From: Macrostomum lignano
Taxonomy: Eukaryota
Assembly: GCA_002269645.1 (NCBI GenBank)
Contig: NIVC01003335.1
Coordinates: forward strand, 1-36,144
Length of the DNA: 36,144 nt
Direction: 5' to 3'
Part shown: positions 12,079 to 23,471 of the stretch, piece by piece
Layout: each line of letters starts with the position of its first letter
Numbering within the stretch: position 1 is the first letter of the stretch
Position numbers and translations under genes: made by a program
Notes under the pieces: generated by a model
Seen by the model: the letters and a program-made list of their open reading frames with translations, nothing else
What the model was told of the DNA's origin: nothing
Database searches by the model: none

Positions 12079-15000
12079 CTTGGGGATAAAAGGAGAGAAG
12101 AAGAAGAAGAAGAAGAAGAAAAATTGGCCGCGGCGACAATTTATTTCAACAATTAGATGTTGAAAGAGACTGCTGCAATATCTTCAAGGCTCGTGCTGAC
12201 CGCGCCACTCTTTTTTGGCCATCTTGTCACTCTCCTCTGGCCATCTAGTCACTCTTCTACCCATTTGTCACTCCCTTCTGGCTATCTTATCACTCCCTTC
12301 TGGCCATCTAGTCACTCCCTTCTGGCTATCTTGTCACTCCCTTCTGGCCATCTAGTCACTCTCTTCTGGCCATCTAGTCACTCTCTTCTGGCCATCTAGT
12401 CACTCTCTTCTGGCCATCTAGTCACTCTCTTCTGGTCATCTAGTCACTCTCTTCTGGTCATCTAGTCACTCTCTTCTGGTCATCTAGTCACTCTCTTCTG
12501 GCCATCTAGTCACTCTCTTTTGGTCATCTAGTCACTCCTTTCTGGCCATCTAGTCACTCCCTTCTGGCCATCTAGTCACTCCCTTCTGGCCATCTAGTCA
12601 CTCCCTTCTGGCCATCTAGTCACTCTCTTCTGGCCATCTAGTCACTCTCTTTTAGTCATCTAGTCATCACTCTTTTTTGGCTATCTTGTCACTCTCTTGT
12701 TGGTATTAATAGGTAATCGGCTAAGATATTTAATAATGAGTACGTTAAAATGCGATTTAAAGCTTAAAAAATCAACTAAACACTTTTTTCTCGGGGCTCT
12801 CCACTTGGGAAACACAAACGAACTGCAGAAAAACTGGCATTCGAAATGCGCAACTGTACGCTATAGAAAAACTGTTGCTCCAAAAATGCGCAGCAAAAAA
12901 GCGACGAAGTGTAAAAAAAACTTTTGGAAATTAAAAAAACTGCGCTTAGAAAACAGGAGTTAAAATGAATTGATGTGCTAAGGACCACGTTTTTGTTTGA
13001 TTTCTTGCTCTTCAAACCTGAGATTACAAATATGGTCACCTCAAATACTGACAGCTGTGCTAGACTAGCAATCCATCCTGCTCAATACTGACAGCTGTGC
13101 TAGACTAGCAATCCATCCTGCTCAATACTGACAGCTGTGCTAGACTAGCAATCCATCCTCTCAATACTGACAGCTGTGACTAGCAATCCATCCTGCTCAA
13201 TACTGACACCTGTGCTAGACTAGCAATCCATCCTGCTCAATACTGACAGCTGTGCTAGACTAGCAATCCATCCTGCTCAATACTGACAGCTGTGACTAGC
13301 AATCCATCCTGCTCAATACTGACACCTGTGCTAGACTAGCAATCCATCCTGCTCAATACTGACAGCTGTGCTAGACTAGCAATCCATCCTGCTCAATACT
13401 GACAGCTGTGCTAGACTAGCAATCCATCCTCTCAATACTGACAGCTGTGACTAGCAATCCATCCTGCTCAATACTGACACCTGTGCTAGACTAGCAATCC
13501 ATCCTGCTCAATACTGACAGCTGTGCTAGACTAGCAATCCATCCTGCTCAATACTGACAGCTGTGACTAGCAATCCATCCTGCTCAATACTGACACCTGT
13601 GCTAGACTAGCAATCCATCCTGCTCAATACTGACAGCTGTGCTAGACTAGCCATCCATCCTGCTCAATACTGACAGCTGTGACTAGCAATCCATCCTGCT
13701 CAATACTGACAGCTGTGCTAGACTAGCAATCCATCCTACTCAATACTGGCAGCTGTGCTAGACTAGCAATCCATCCTGCTCAATACTGACAGCTGTGCTA
13801 GACTAGCAATCCATCCTGCTCAATACTGACAGCTGTGCTAGACTAGCAATCCATCCTGCTCAATACTGACAGCTGTGCTAGACTAGCAATCCATCCTGCT
13901 CAATACTGACAGCTGTGACTAGCAATCCATCCTGCTCAATACTGACAGCTGTGCTAGACTAGCAATCCATCCTGCTCAATACTGACAGCTGTGCTAGACT
14001 AGCAATCCATCCTGCTCAATACTGACAGCTGTGACTAGCAATCCATCCTGCTCAATACTGACAGCTGTGCTAGACTAGCAATCCATCCTGCTCAATACTG
14101 ACAGCTGTGCTAGACTAGCAATCCATCCTGCTCAATACTGACACCTGTGCTAGACTAGCAATCCATCCTGCTCAATACTGACAGCTGTGCTAGACTAGCA
14201 ATCCATCCTGCTCAATACTGACAGCTGTGACTAGCAATCCATCCTGCTCAATACTGACACCTGTGCTAGACTAGCAATCCATCCTGCTCAATACTGACAG
14301 CTGTGACTAGCAATCCATCCTGCTCAATACTGACAGCTGTGCTAGACTAGCAATCCATCCTGCTCAATACTGACAGCTGTGACTAGCAATCCATCCTGCT
14401 CAATACTGACACCTGTGCTAGACTAGCAATCCATCCTGCTCAATACTGACAGCTGTGACTAGCAATCCATCCTGCTCAATACTGACACCTGTGCTAGACT
14501 AGCAATCCATCCTGCTCAACACTGACAGCTGTGACTAGCAATCCATCCTGCTCAATACTGACACCTGTGACTAGCAATCCATCCTGCTCAATACTGACAG
14601 CTGTGACTAGCAATCCATCCTGCTCAATACTGACAGCTGTGCTAGATTAGACTAGCAATCCATCCTGCTCAATACTGACAGCTGTGCTAGATTAGACTAG
14701 CAATCCACCCTACTCAATACTGACAGCTGTGCTAGATTAGACTAGCAATCCACCCTACTCAATACTGACAGCTGTGCTAGATTAGACTAGCAATCCACCC
14801 TACACGAATGCTAGTCGTACCTGACGGCCACACGGGGCGAGTTGCCTAAATTGTACTTATTATTGGGCAAATCCTTTCTGCTGCTGGGTTCCGGCGATGT
14901 ATCGGCACAGACCCGGGCCCGCTTCAGGTGCATCCGATAGCCGGGGCTGTCTGTGCTGCGGCAGTTGCTGGCAGGGGGCGTCGGGTGCATTTGCAGAGCG

Positions 15001-18000
15001 GTGCCAAAGAAAGCAGATGCAAATTATAAAAAAAGTATCTAAATTCTGGCTAGGCATTGGGATGAAGGCATGTCTGAGGCGATCATTGATTAGCAAAATC
15101 TTTTTTAAAAAATTGGTTAGGATGCTTAATTTCTCATAAGAGGCATTTTGATGCTAAGAGGAGAACTTACAAGTCAACCGAAGGCGAAGTGCGTTTAACA
15201 TCGCGAGCTTTGTCCTTGAGCTGGTCAGTTTGCTGGTAGCTCTCGTAGCGCTGGCGCATAGCCCTGAATGTGGTGACGTACTGGACCTCGCGCAGTGCCT
15301 CCCAGTGATTCTCGGTCACGTGAATAATCAGCGACCGGATGCCCTCGGTGCTGATGAAGTCAAACAGTTCGATAATTGCGGAATTAATTAGATTGTACCT
15401 AGGCCCGTTGCGGATGAACAGCGCTATGATTGGCCTGAACAGGGCGTTCTTGGTCAGGTAGCGGTTGTAAAACTCGTCTTTCAGGCCCACAACTCGGCGG
15501 AACAGCTTCAGCGCGCCCAGCACCAGGAATGAGTGGCGAGACCGCAGCAGAACCAGCACTCGCCTGATGAGATCCTTGGCAAGCACAAGGTTCTTCACGT
15601 GATAGGTGTGCTGCTCAATGCAGAAAGCCAACAGGTCAAGGATGTGGTACAGCAGCTGGGCAGAGCGATAGCCGTCTTTCAGCGGCGCCTCATCGTGCGT
15701 GTTGGAATAAAGCGGCTCCAACAGCGTGGGCATGGCTCGGTGGTAGAAGAAGCGAAGGAATTCCGTCTTCTCAGCCGCGCTGCGCTGGTACATCTGAAGG
15801 GCGAATGAGTAATCCTAGTCTAGCACAGCTGCCAGTATTGAGTAGGATGGATTGCTAGTCTAGCACAGCTGTCAGTATTGAGAGGATGGATTGCTAGTCT
15901 AGCACAGCTGTCAGTATTGAGTAGGATGGATTGCTAGTCTAGCACAGCTGTCAGTATTGAGTAGGATGGATTGCTAGTCTAGTCTAGCACAGCTGTCAGT
16001 ATTGAGCAGGATGGATTGCTAGTCTAGTCTAGCACAGCTGTCAGTATTGAGTAGGATGGATTGCTAGTCTAGTCTGGCACAGCTGTCAGTATTGAGTAGG
16101 ATGGATTGCTAGTCTAGTCTGGCACAGCTGTCAGTACTGAGTAGGATGGATTGCTAGTCTAGTCTAGCACAGCTGTCAGTATTGAGCAGGATGGATTGCT
16201 AGTCTAGCACAGCTGTCAGTATTGAGTAGGATGGATTGCTAGTCTAGCACAGCTGTCAGTATTGAGTAGGATGGATTGCTAGTCTAGCACAGGTGTCAGT
16301 ATTGAGTAGGATGGATTGCTAGTCTAGTCTGGCACAGCTGTCAGTATTGAGTAGGATGGATTGCTAGTCTAGTCTAGCACAGCTGTCAGTATTGAGTAGG
16401 ATGGATTGCTAGTCTAGTCTAGCACAGCTGTCAGTATTGAGTAGGATGGATTGCTAGTCTAGCACAGGTGTTAATAAAAAGCAGGAAACTACAGAACCCA
16501 ATTCCATGGCCAGGCAGGCAAGACTAACAGTTTAAGCTGGTCACTTTTTTTACCAATTTTTTCTAAGTTGGTTATGGAAGTTGAAAATGAACGCAGGTGC
16601 GTTGCGGACCCAGCAGGTCTGGATAATTACTCATATGAGTCATATTTTACCGGGGCGGCACAAATTAGAGAAAATCCCATCACAATCTGTGTCACAGCCT
16701 GAATTTTGCGATTTTGAAGATGTTTTGAGAGGCTTGAAACACATATTATATGGGAGATTCTGACGGCTGTTTATAGGAGATTCTGGTGGCTCTTTATGGG
16801 AGATTCTGGTGGCTGTTTATGGGAGATTCTGACGGCTGTTTATGGGAGATTCTGGTGGCTGTTTATGGGAGATTCTGACGGCTGTTTATGGGAGATTCTG
16901 GTGGCTGTTTATGGGAGATTCTGACGGCTGTTTATGGGAGATTCTGACAGCTGTTTATTGAATATTCTGACGGCTGTTTATGGGAGATTCTGGTGGCTGT
17001 TTATGGGAGATTATGGTGGCTGTTTATGGGAGATTCTGGTGGCTGTTTATGGGAGATTCTGATGGCTGTTTATGGGAGATTCTGATGGCTGTTTATGGGA
17101 GCTTCTGACGGCTGTTTATGGGAGATTCTGGTGGGAGATTCTGGTGGCTGTTTATGGGAGATTCTGACGGCTGTTTATGGGATATTCTGATGGCTGTTTA
17201 TGGGAGCTTCTGACGGCTGTTTATGGGAGATTCTGGTGGGAGGTTCTGGTGGCTGTTTATGGGAGATTCTGACGGCTGTTTATGGGAGATTCTGATGGCT
17301 GTTTATGGGAGATTCTGGTGGCTGTTTATTGGAGATTTTGGTGGCTGTTTATGGGAGATTCTGATGGCTGTTTATGGGAGATTCTGATGGCTGTTTATGG
17401 GAGATTCTGATGGCTGTTTATGGGAGATTCTGATGGCTGTTTATGGGAGATTCTGATGGCTGTTTATGGGAGATTCTGATGGCTGTTTATGGGAGATTCT
17501 GGTGGCTGTTTATGGGAGATTCTGATGGCTGTTTATGGGAGATTCTGACGGCTGTTTATGGGAGATTCTAATGGCTGTTTATGGGAGATTCTGGTGGCTG
17601 TTTATGGGAGATTCTGATGGCTGTTTATGGAAGATTCTGATGGCTGTTTATGGGAGCTTCTGACGGCTGTTTATGGGAGATTCTGGTGGGAGGTTCTGGT
17701 GGCTGTTTATGGGAGATTCTGACGGCTGTTTATGGGAGATTCTAATGGCTGTTTATGGGAGATTTTGGTGGCTCTTTATGGGAGATTCTGGTGGCTGTTT
17801 ATGGGAGATTCTGATGGCTGTTTATGGGAGATTCTGACGGCTGTTTATGGGAGATTCTGACGGCTGTTTATGGGAGATTCTAATGGCTGTTTATGGGAGA
17901 TTCTGGTGGCTGTTTATGGGAGATTCTGATGGCTGTTTATGGGAGATTCTGATGGCTGTTTATGGGAGCTTCTGACGGCTGTTTATGGGAGATTCTGGTG

Positions 18001-20594
18001 GGAGGTTCTTGTGGCTGTTTATGGGAGATTCTGACGGCTGTTTATGGGAGATTCTAATGGCTGTTTATGGGAGATTTTGGTGGCTCTTTATGGGAGATTC
18101 TGACGGCTGTTTATGGGAGATTCTGGTGGCTCTTTATGGGAGATTCTGGTGGCTGTCTTTGGGAGATTCTGGTGGCTGTTTATGGGAGATTCTGGTGGGA
18201 GATTGTGACATCAGTAAAAGTGACTCACATTGGACGGCTGGCTGTTGGTGAGCATAGACTCAGGATCAACCAGTATTCGAATCAAGCCAGCTAATCTCAA
18301 CGCGTCGCCCATCTCCGGGTCGGGATCTGAGCACATCTGCTGGATGAGCACATTGATGAGCAGCTGGTGATTGTCCTGGCTAGTCTCCTTCAGCATGTGG
18401 TCGCGCAGCAGCACAGGCGAGTGGTCAACAAATGCAAACAGGATGTCGGTGAGGGCGGAGCGAAGCTGAGTGCAGGATTTCGAGTACAGCGGGGTGAGGC
18501 AGTCCAAGGCCTGATGCTGCATGAGACTCTTGAAGAACAGGTCCTTCTCGGGCGGCTCAAGCAGACAGGAGAAATTGCAGAGCTCCTTGAGAAACATGGT
18601 CAGCTCCAAGCGGCGTTCAGCGCTGTTTGACTTGTCGCGAAGGCAGGCGAACAGCATAGTCATGAGCTTGTCGTCGTTGTTGATGTCGTTAAGTATGCTG
18701 ACCTTGTTGACGAACAGGAATGAGGACAGCTCAGAGAACTGGTTGTCATCGAACATGCTGGGCGTTGGCAGGATGCAGTCCTGGATGTACTGCACCCGGA
18801 AGGTCTGATGGATCTTAGAGCGAAGGTCGGCCTTCTGGATTGGCAGGACTTCGCAATGACGCGACCGATTGAGCAGAAACTCCCTGTGATTGGCCTTGAC
18901 CGGCTTGGCCGGGTCGTACTCCAGAATGCCGATGACGTCAAGGATGACGTCATCTGCGAACATCACCTCGAATACGGACTTGTTGTTGAGGTAGAAGATG
19001 TTCCTGATCACCTCGTGCAGCTGGCCGAGGCTCTTGCGATCGTCCGCCTCCTCGGCCTGGGGAAGGAGGGGAGTGATGGAGATAGGAATGCTTTTAAATC
19101 CAGAATCCACGTTTCTTGGAAATCCTAAAAGCCACTCATAAACTTCAGAAATTCCCCAGAAACTACACTTGGACCTTTTAAAATCGCAGAAAACTAAATT
19201 TGACCTTCAAAAATCCCCTAAGACGATGTTTAACCTTCAGAAATCCCCTAAGACGATATTTAACCTTCAGAAATCCCCTAAGACGATATTTAACCTTCAG
19301 AAATCCCCTAAGACGATATTTAACCTTCAGAAATCCCCTAAGACGATATTTAACCTTCAGAAATCCCCTAAGACGATATTTAACCTTCAGAAATCCCCTA
19401 AGACGATATTTAACCTTCAGAAATCCTCTAAGACGATATTTAACCTTCAGAAGTGCCCAAGACGATATTTAACCTTCAGAAGTCCCTAAGACGATATTTA
19501 ACCTTCAGAAGTCCCTAAGACGATATTTAACCTTCAGAAGTGCCTAAGACGATATTTAACCTTAAGAAGTCCCTAAGACGTTATTTAACGTTCAGAAGTC
19601 CCTAAGACGATATTTAACCTTCAGAAGTCCCTAAGACGATATTTAACCTTCAGAAGTCCCTAAGACGATATTTAACCTTCAGAAGTGCCTAAGACGATAT
19701 TTAACCTTCAGAAGTGCCCAAGACGATATTTAACCTTCAGAAGTGCCCAAGACGATATTTAACCTTCAGAAATCCCAAAAAACAACATTAACATTCAGAG
19801 ATCCCGAAAAAACGGGGCATTTATCGTTCAGAAATCCCCTAAGACGGGCATTTAACCATCAGATAGCCACTCTTGATTGACTATATAGATCCCAAAGCCA
19901 GTCATAACCAATACAGCGATCCTAGAAAGCGCATCCTGACCTCGAATTATGCCTCTATTCAAAGCCCATCCCAAAGCAACTACATGCACCGATCCCTCAC
20001 CTGTCTAAACAGATCTGTGCAGACACGCCGCAGGTAGCCCTGCCTGAGCAGCGATCCGACCAGGCGCTCACGCTTGCCAACAATGGACAGCACAGAGGGC
20101 GAGGTGACCACCTTCACCAGGTCACCAAGCCAGGACAGCTCGCAGGGCGGCAGCACAAGGCTGTCAGTGGCTGGCGGCTGGCCGCAGGCGGACCCGGTCT
20201 CGCTCTCAGTGTCGTCGCCCTCCTCCGGGTTGTCCTCGTCAACCACGTCTTGGGTGATCTCCACGGACGGGTCCTTGCCCTGCACTGAGCAGATCTTGCC
20301 CCAGATCTCGTCGCAGCCGTCCTTCTCTTGGAAGCTCAAGGCCAGGTCCATGGACTCGGCCTCCGACCAGACTATGAGCGTCTCCTGCTGCTTCTGGTAG
20401 GCCGTGTCCGGCTGGATTCGCGACTCCAGCAGGGTGGAGCCGTCCGCCTCGGACACCACCAGCAGGGCGATGCCGTTCAGGGACTCGACGAACACGGAGC
20501 TCACGTGGCCGGTGCCTTTGTCATCCCACTGGCGCTCCTCGTTGAGCATGTACAGCTTGACCCGGCGGCGCGTGGCTGCCCCGTTCTCGGCCAT
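11376..20594 (-). CDS. PPP4R3: Serine/threonine-protein phosphatase 4 regulatory subunit 3 (SMEK/PPP4R3/Psy2), complement(join(11376..12078,14821..14967,15171..15793,18229..19056,20001..20594)), about 964 aa
   Basis: N-terminal EVH1-like [24 protein letters not shown]...[22 protein letters not shown], the SMK-1 domain (LEYDP...HREFL...[13 protein letters not shown]), [16 protein letters not shown], and the acidic tail [11 protein letters not shown] / LVDYPDD. All five exons join in frame at GT-AG sites (594+828+623+147+703 = 2895 nt). Confidence 0.95.
12225..12695. repeat. 21-bp minisatellite TCTGG(C/T)CATCTAGTCACTC(T/C)CT in PP4R3 intron 4
   Basis: Direct inspection. Confidence 0.95.
13040..14803. 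repeat. 36/40/45-bp minisatellite GCTCAATACTGACAGCTGTGCTAGACTAGCAATCCATCCT in PP4R3 intron 4
   Basis: About 1.76 kb array; reverse complement of the array at 15815-16471. Confidence 0.97.
14821..14967 (-). CDS. PPP4R3: PP4R3 exon 4 (147 nt, phase 2-2, not in the ORF track)
   Basis: Acceptor CCCCCTGCCAG|C, open frame [48 protein letters not shown], donor CAG|GTACGA; phases fit both neighbours. No recognisable homology, so boundaries are less certain. Confidence 0.65.
15171..15793 (-). CDS. PPP4R3: PP4R3 exon 3
   Basis: Acceptor CCCTTCAG|ATG; donor CTT|GTAAGT; phase 0-2; [10 protein letters not shown] motif. Confidence 0.95.
15815..16471. repeat. 40/45-bp minisatellite CTAGCACAGCTGTCAGTATTGAGTAGGATGGATTGCTAGT in PP4R3 intron 2 (inverted copy of the 13040-14803 family)
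   Basis: Unit is the reverse complement of the intron 4 unit. Confidence 0.97.
16750..18205. repeat. 23-bp minisatellite ATGGGAGATTCTG(AC/GT/AT)GGCTGTTT in PP4R3 intron 2
   Basis: Direct inspection; about 1.45 kb. Confidence 0.97.
18229..19056 (-). CDS. PPP4R3: PP4R3 exon 2
   Basis: Acceptor CTCCTTCCCCAG|GCC; donor AAT|GTGAGT; phase 0-0. Confidence 0.95.
19170..19860. repeat. 29-30-bp minisatellite TAACCTTCAGAA(ATCC/GT)CCTAAGACGATATT in PP4R3 intron 1
   Basis: Direct inspection; degenerate at both edges. Confidence 0.95.
20001..20594 (-). CDS. PPP4R3: PP4R3 exon 1 (EVH1 domain)
   Basis: ACCATGG start; donor CAG|GTGAGG, phase 0. Confidence 0.95.
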
Positions 20595-21312
20595 GGTGAC
20601 AGAGTTATCCAGTGCGGATTAGCGAGACTGAGAAGCAAAACAGTTTCGAGTGGAGGAAGATAAGCAAGAAAACAGTTGGAATCGGTTCTTCTGCAAGCAG
20701 AAGAATTTGCGATTGAAGAAGACGCGTTGCAGATGGACCAGACAGAGCTGCAATGATAAGCAATTGACTAATTTTTGAAAAATTATGCACTCAATTTTCC
20801 ATTTAAACAAAAATTAGACTGGCATCAATAAAGATTTTCACAAGTCTGTCCCAACTGAAGATAGTAATAAATAGATTATATATTGAGCAAAATCTAATTT
20901 ACAATAATATAACTGTAGAAATATAAACAAAATAAATACATTGTCATTCATTTTTTTCTCTCATTATATTTGTTTAACTTTTATTTCAATTCACAATAGC
21001 AAAAAAACTCAAATTCCCAAATGATTACGGTATATCAATCAAAATGAATCTAAAGGTTGCAAAATACAAAAAAGTTTAAAACACAAAAGGCTAATTTAAA
21101 TGGCCATTTTAGTGAAAAAACCTTTGAACTCCATATAACAATTACCATATTTATTTGGCTATTAGAATGAAAAGCAGATTTCTGCTTTCATTCTTTTCTT
21201 TTTTTCTACTGCTTACAGATTACTAATACATAGCATAAGTTATATTTAGCATCCTAACTTTGTATGATTTTATATAACTTTATAGTGGCCATACCTCCTA
21301 AATCCAAAGTTA

Positions 21313-21516
21313 GAGATATCTTAAGATTCATGCTTGGGCGCAACCTAGAGATTCACGTGGCTGTTTCTATTGGCAACACACACATGTAAGTTGCTATTGG
21401 CTGAGAGCCATGTGACTACTATTCTATCCAATAGCAACTTACATGTGTGTGTGTTGCCAATAGAAACAGCCGCATGAATCTCTAGGTTGCACCCAAGCAT
21501 GAATTGTAAGATATCT
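21313..21516. repeat. About 200-bp palindrome (arms about 88 bp, 27-nt loop); MITE-like or hairpin element
   Basis: Left arm GATATCTTAAGATTCATGCTTGGGCGCAACCTAGAGATTCA...GTTGCTATTGG (to 21400) pairs with the right arm CCAATAGCAAC...TGAATCTCTAGGTTGCACCCAAGCATGAATTGTAAGATATC (from 21428). No clear TSD. Confidence 0.85.
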
Positions 21517-22661
21517 AAGTTTTAATTGTAACTAATGTTTAAGTTTTCTAAAAATCCAATAAAATAAACATTTTGGTTTCAAGGGCATAATTAAATTACT
21601 ATTATCTTATTTAAAGTTCTATCCTAAACATAGATACTAAAATAACTAATGGGCCACTCAGACTTATATACTTAGTAAAAAAGCTTTTTATTTTTAGTTT
21701 AGTAGCAACAAAGAAGTATAAAAATAAAGGCAGCTGAAATGACTTTGATAAGTTTAGATGCTCAAGCTTGTAAGTGTAAAAAACTTGCTAATTGGTTCAG
21801 CAATAATGTACATTAGCTAGTCTACTGAAATGTACATGGCAGCTTTACAGTTGAATTCTGAGAAAGGCAAAACATGTATTCAGGCAAGGGTAGTACAGAA
21901 AGGCATGGTTGGGGAGTTTAAGCTGGGGGATACAAGGTAAGGATTCAAATAAATACGCCATAAGTTTAAAAAATACATTAAAATGCTTCTGTTTAACTTA
22001 CTACTGAACTAGAAGTAGTTTATACAAATGTTCTGAGTGGCCCATCTAGTTACTCTAGTATCTGTGATCAAAACAAAAATTTTCCTATATCCATATCTGT
22101 AGCAATATCTAATTTTTTTTCCTATAGCCTATCTATAGCTGATTTATTGAATAAAAAATTCCATGACTTGTAATGATAATAAATGCAATGGCAATAGTTT
22201 TTCTATTATCTATTCATGTATATAAGGGTTATTCAATAAGTTACTAGAAAAAAACATAGTTCTAGGCATTTTAGAAGAATTTTTAGGACCTGATGGAGAA
22301 ATATATTGAGACATTATGCCTAGAATTTCAGCTTGCTACATTGCCATGTTCACTTACAAGAGATTCCAGATTGATGAGAACTAGGACCCATCCCTAAGTC
22401 TGACCCAGTGTAACAAAAGAGCCATATTATTACTGCTTTTCTGCCTAAGAAATTCTCTAAAATAGCACTTGCTAATGCTTTAAACAGTGAAGTAAAGTGA
22501 AGCCCCAAGCTATAGTATTGGGTACAAATATATAAGAGTTTTTTTTTCAAACTGGTCTGCATAAAATATGTCTAATTTTGGCTATTAGGCCTACAACTAT
22601 GGCTGCTATGAGGCCTCTGCTTGACAAAGATATATATGACCATAAGCTTGTATAGAATATA

Positions 22662-22959
22662 CATACATGCGCAACTGCTGGCCGACCTGGCCAATCTGGC
22701 CACCGTAAATTGTGGTGGACCAGGGGTAAGTCGCAAAAATGCCCACCCCAAAGAATACAGATGTAGTACTAATTAGATGACGAGGCATTTAGCCCTTATA
22801 AGATAGTCATAGTAACTCCTGCTGTTTACCCAAAGTTGCATTAATTTTGATTTAGGACTTTTTTTACATGTAAGTCGCATTTTTGGCCAAAAACTATGTC
22901 GCATTTTTGTTAAAACTAAGTTGCACGGCCAACCGAATTTTGGAGGTTGCGCATGTATG
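22662..22959. mobile_element. Non-autonomous DNA transposon (MITE) copy 1, 298 bp, 14-bp TIR CATACATGCGCAAC, 9-bp TSD TAGAATATA
   Basis: Perfect TIRs; TSD at 22653-22661 and 22960-22968; homologous to copy 2. Confidence 0.9.
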
Positions 22960-23177
22960 TAGAATATAGGATGTTAGATGGCACTATAAATTCCATTCTA
23001 CATAATCCACTTGGCATATGCAAGCTGTATGCAAGAGAGATATGCTATCAGCTAACTGACTAACACAATGTAACCCGAGTCAGTTTCTACCAGTCTATGT
23101 TGCATTAGTTCAATGCAAGAGCCTCTCTGCTAGTATCTAGCAAAACCTGGATCTACTTTTATCATCTAAAAACTAAA

Positions 23178-23471
23178 CATACATGCGCAACCTCCAAAAT
23201 TCGGTCGGCCATGCGACTCAGCCCCAACAAAAATGCGACACAGTTTTTGGCCAAAAATGCGACTTACATGTAAAAAAACCTAAAGCAAAATTAACGCAAC
23301 TTTGGGTAAACGGCAGGAGTAACTATGACTGTCTTATAAGGCCAAAATGCCTCGTCAGCTACTTAGTACTACTACTTGGGTTTTTTGGGTGGGCATTTTT
23401 GCGACTTCCTTGGTTCACCACCAAATCGGTCGGCCGGATCGGCCGACTCGGCCGACTGTTGCGCATGTATG
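23178..23471. mobile_element. Same MITE family, copy 2, 294 bp, inverted relative to copy 1, 8-bp TSD AAACTAAA
   Basis: Same TIRs; internal sequence is the diverged reverse complement of copy 1; TSD at 23170-23177 and 23472-23479. Confidence 0.9.

Noticed and set aside
13040-14803. CRISPR-like appearance of 36-40 bp repeats
   Set aside because: Units are head-to-tail with no unique spacers, there are no cas genes, and the context is a eukaryotic intron.
13040-16471. Foldback or Pack-type transposon that captured PP4R3 exons
   Set aside because: The enclosed exons are collinear parts of an intact gene and no TSD or defined termini are visible.
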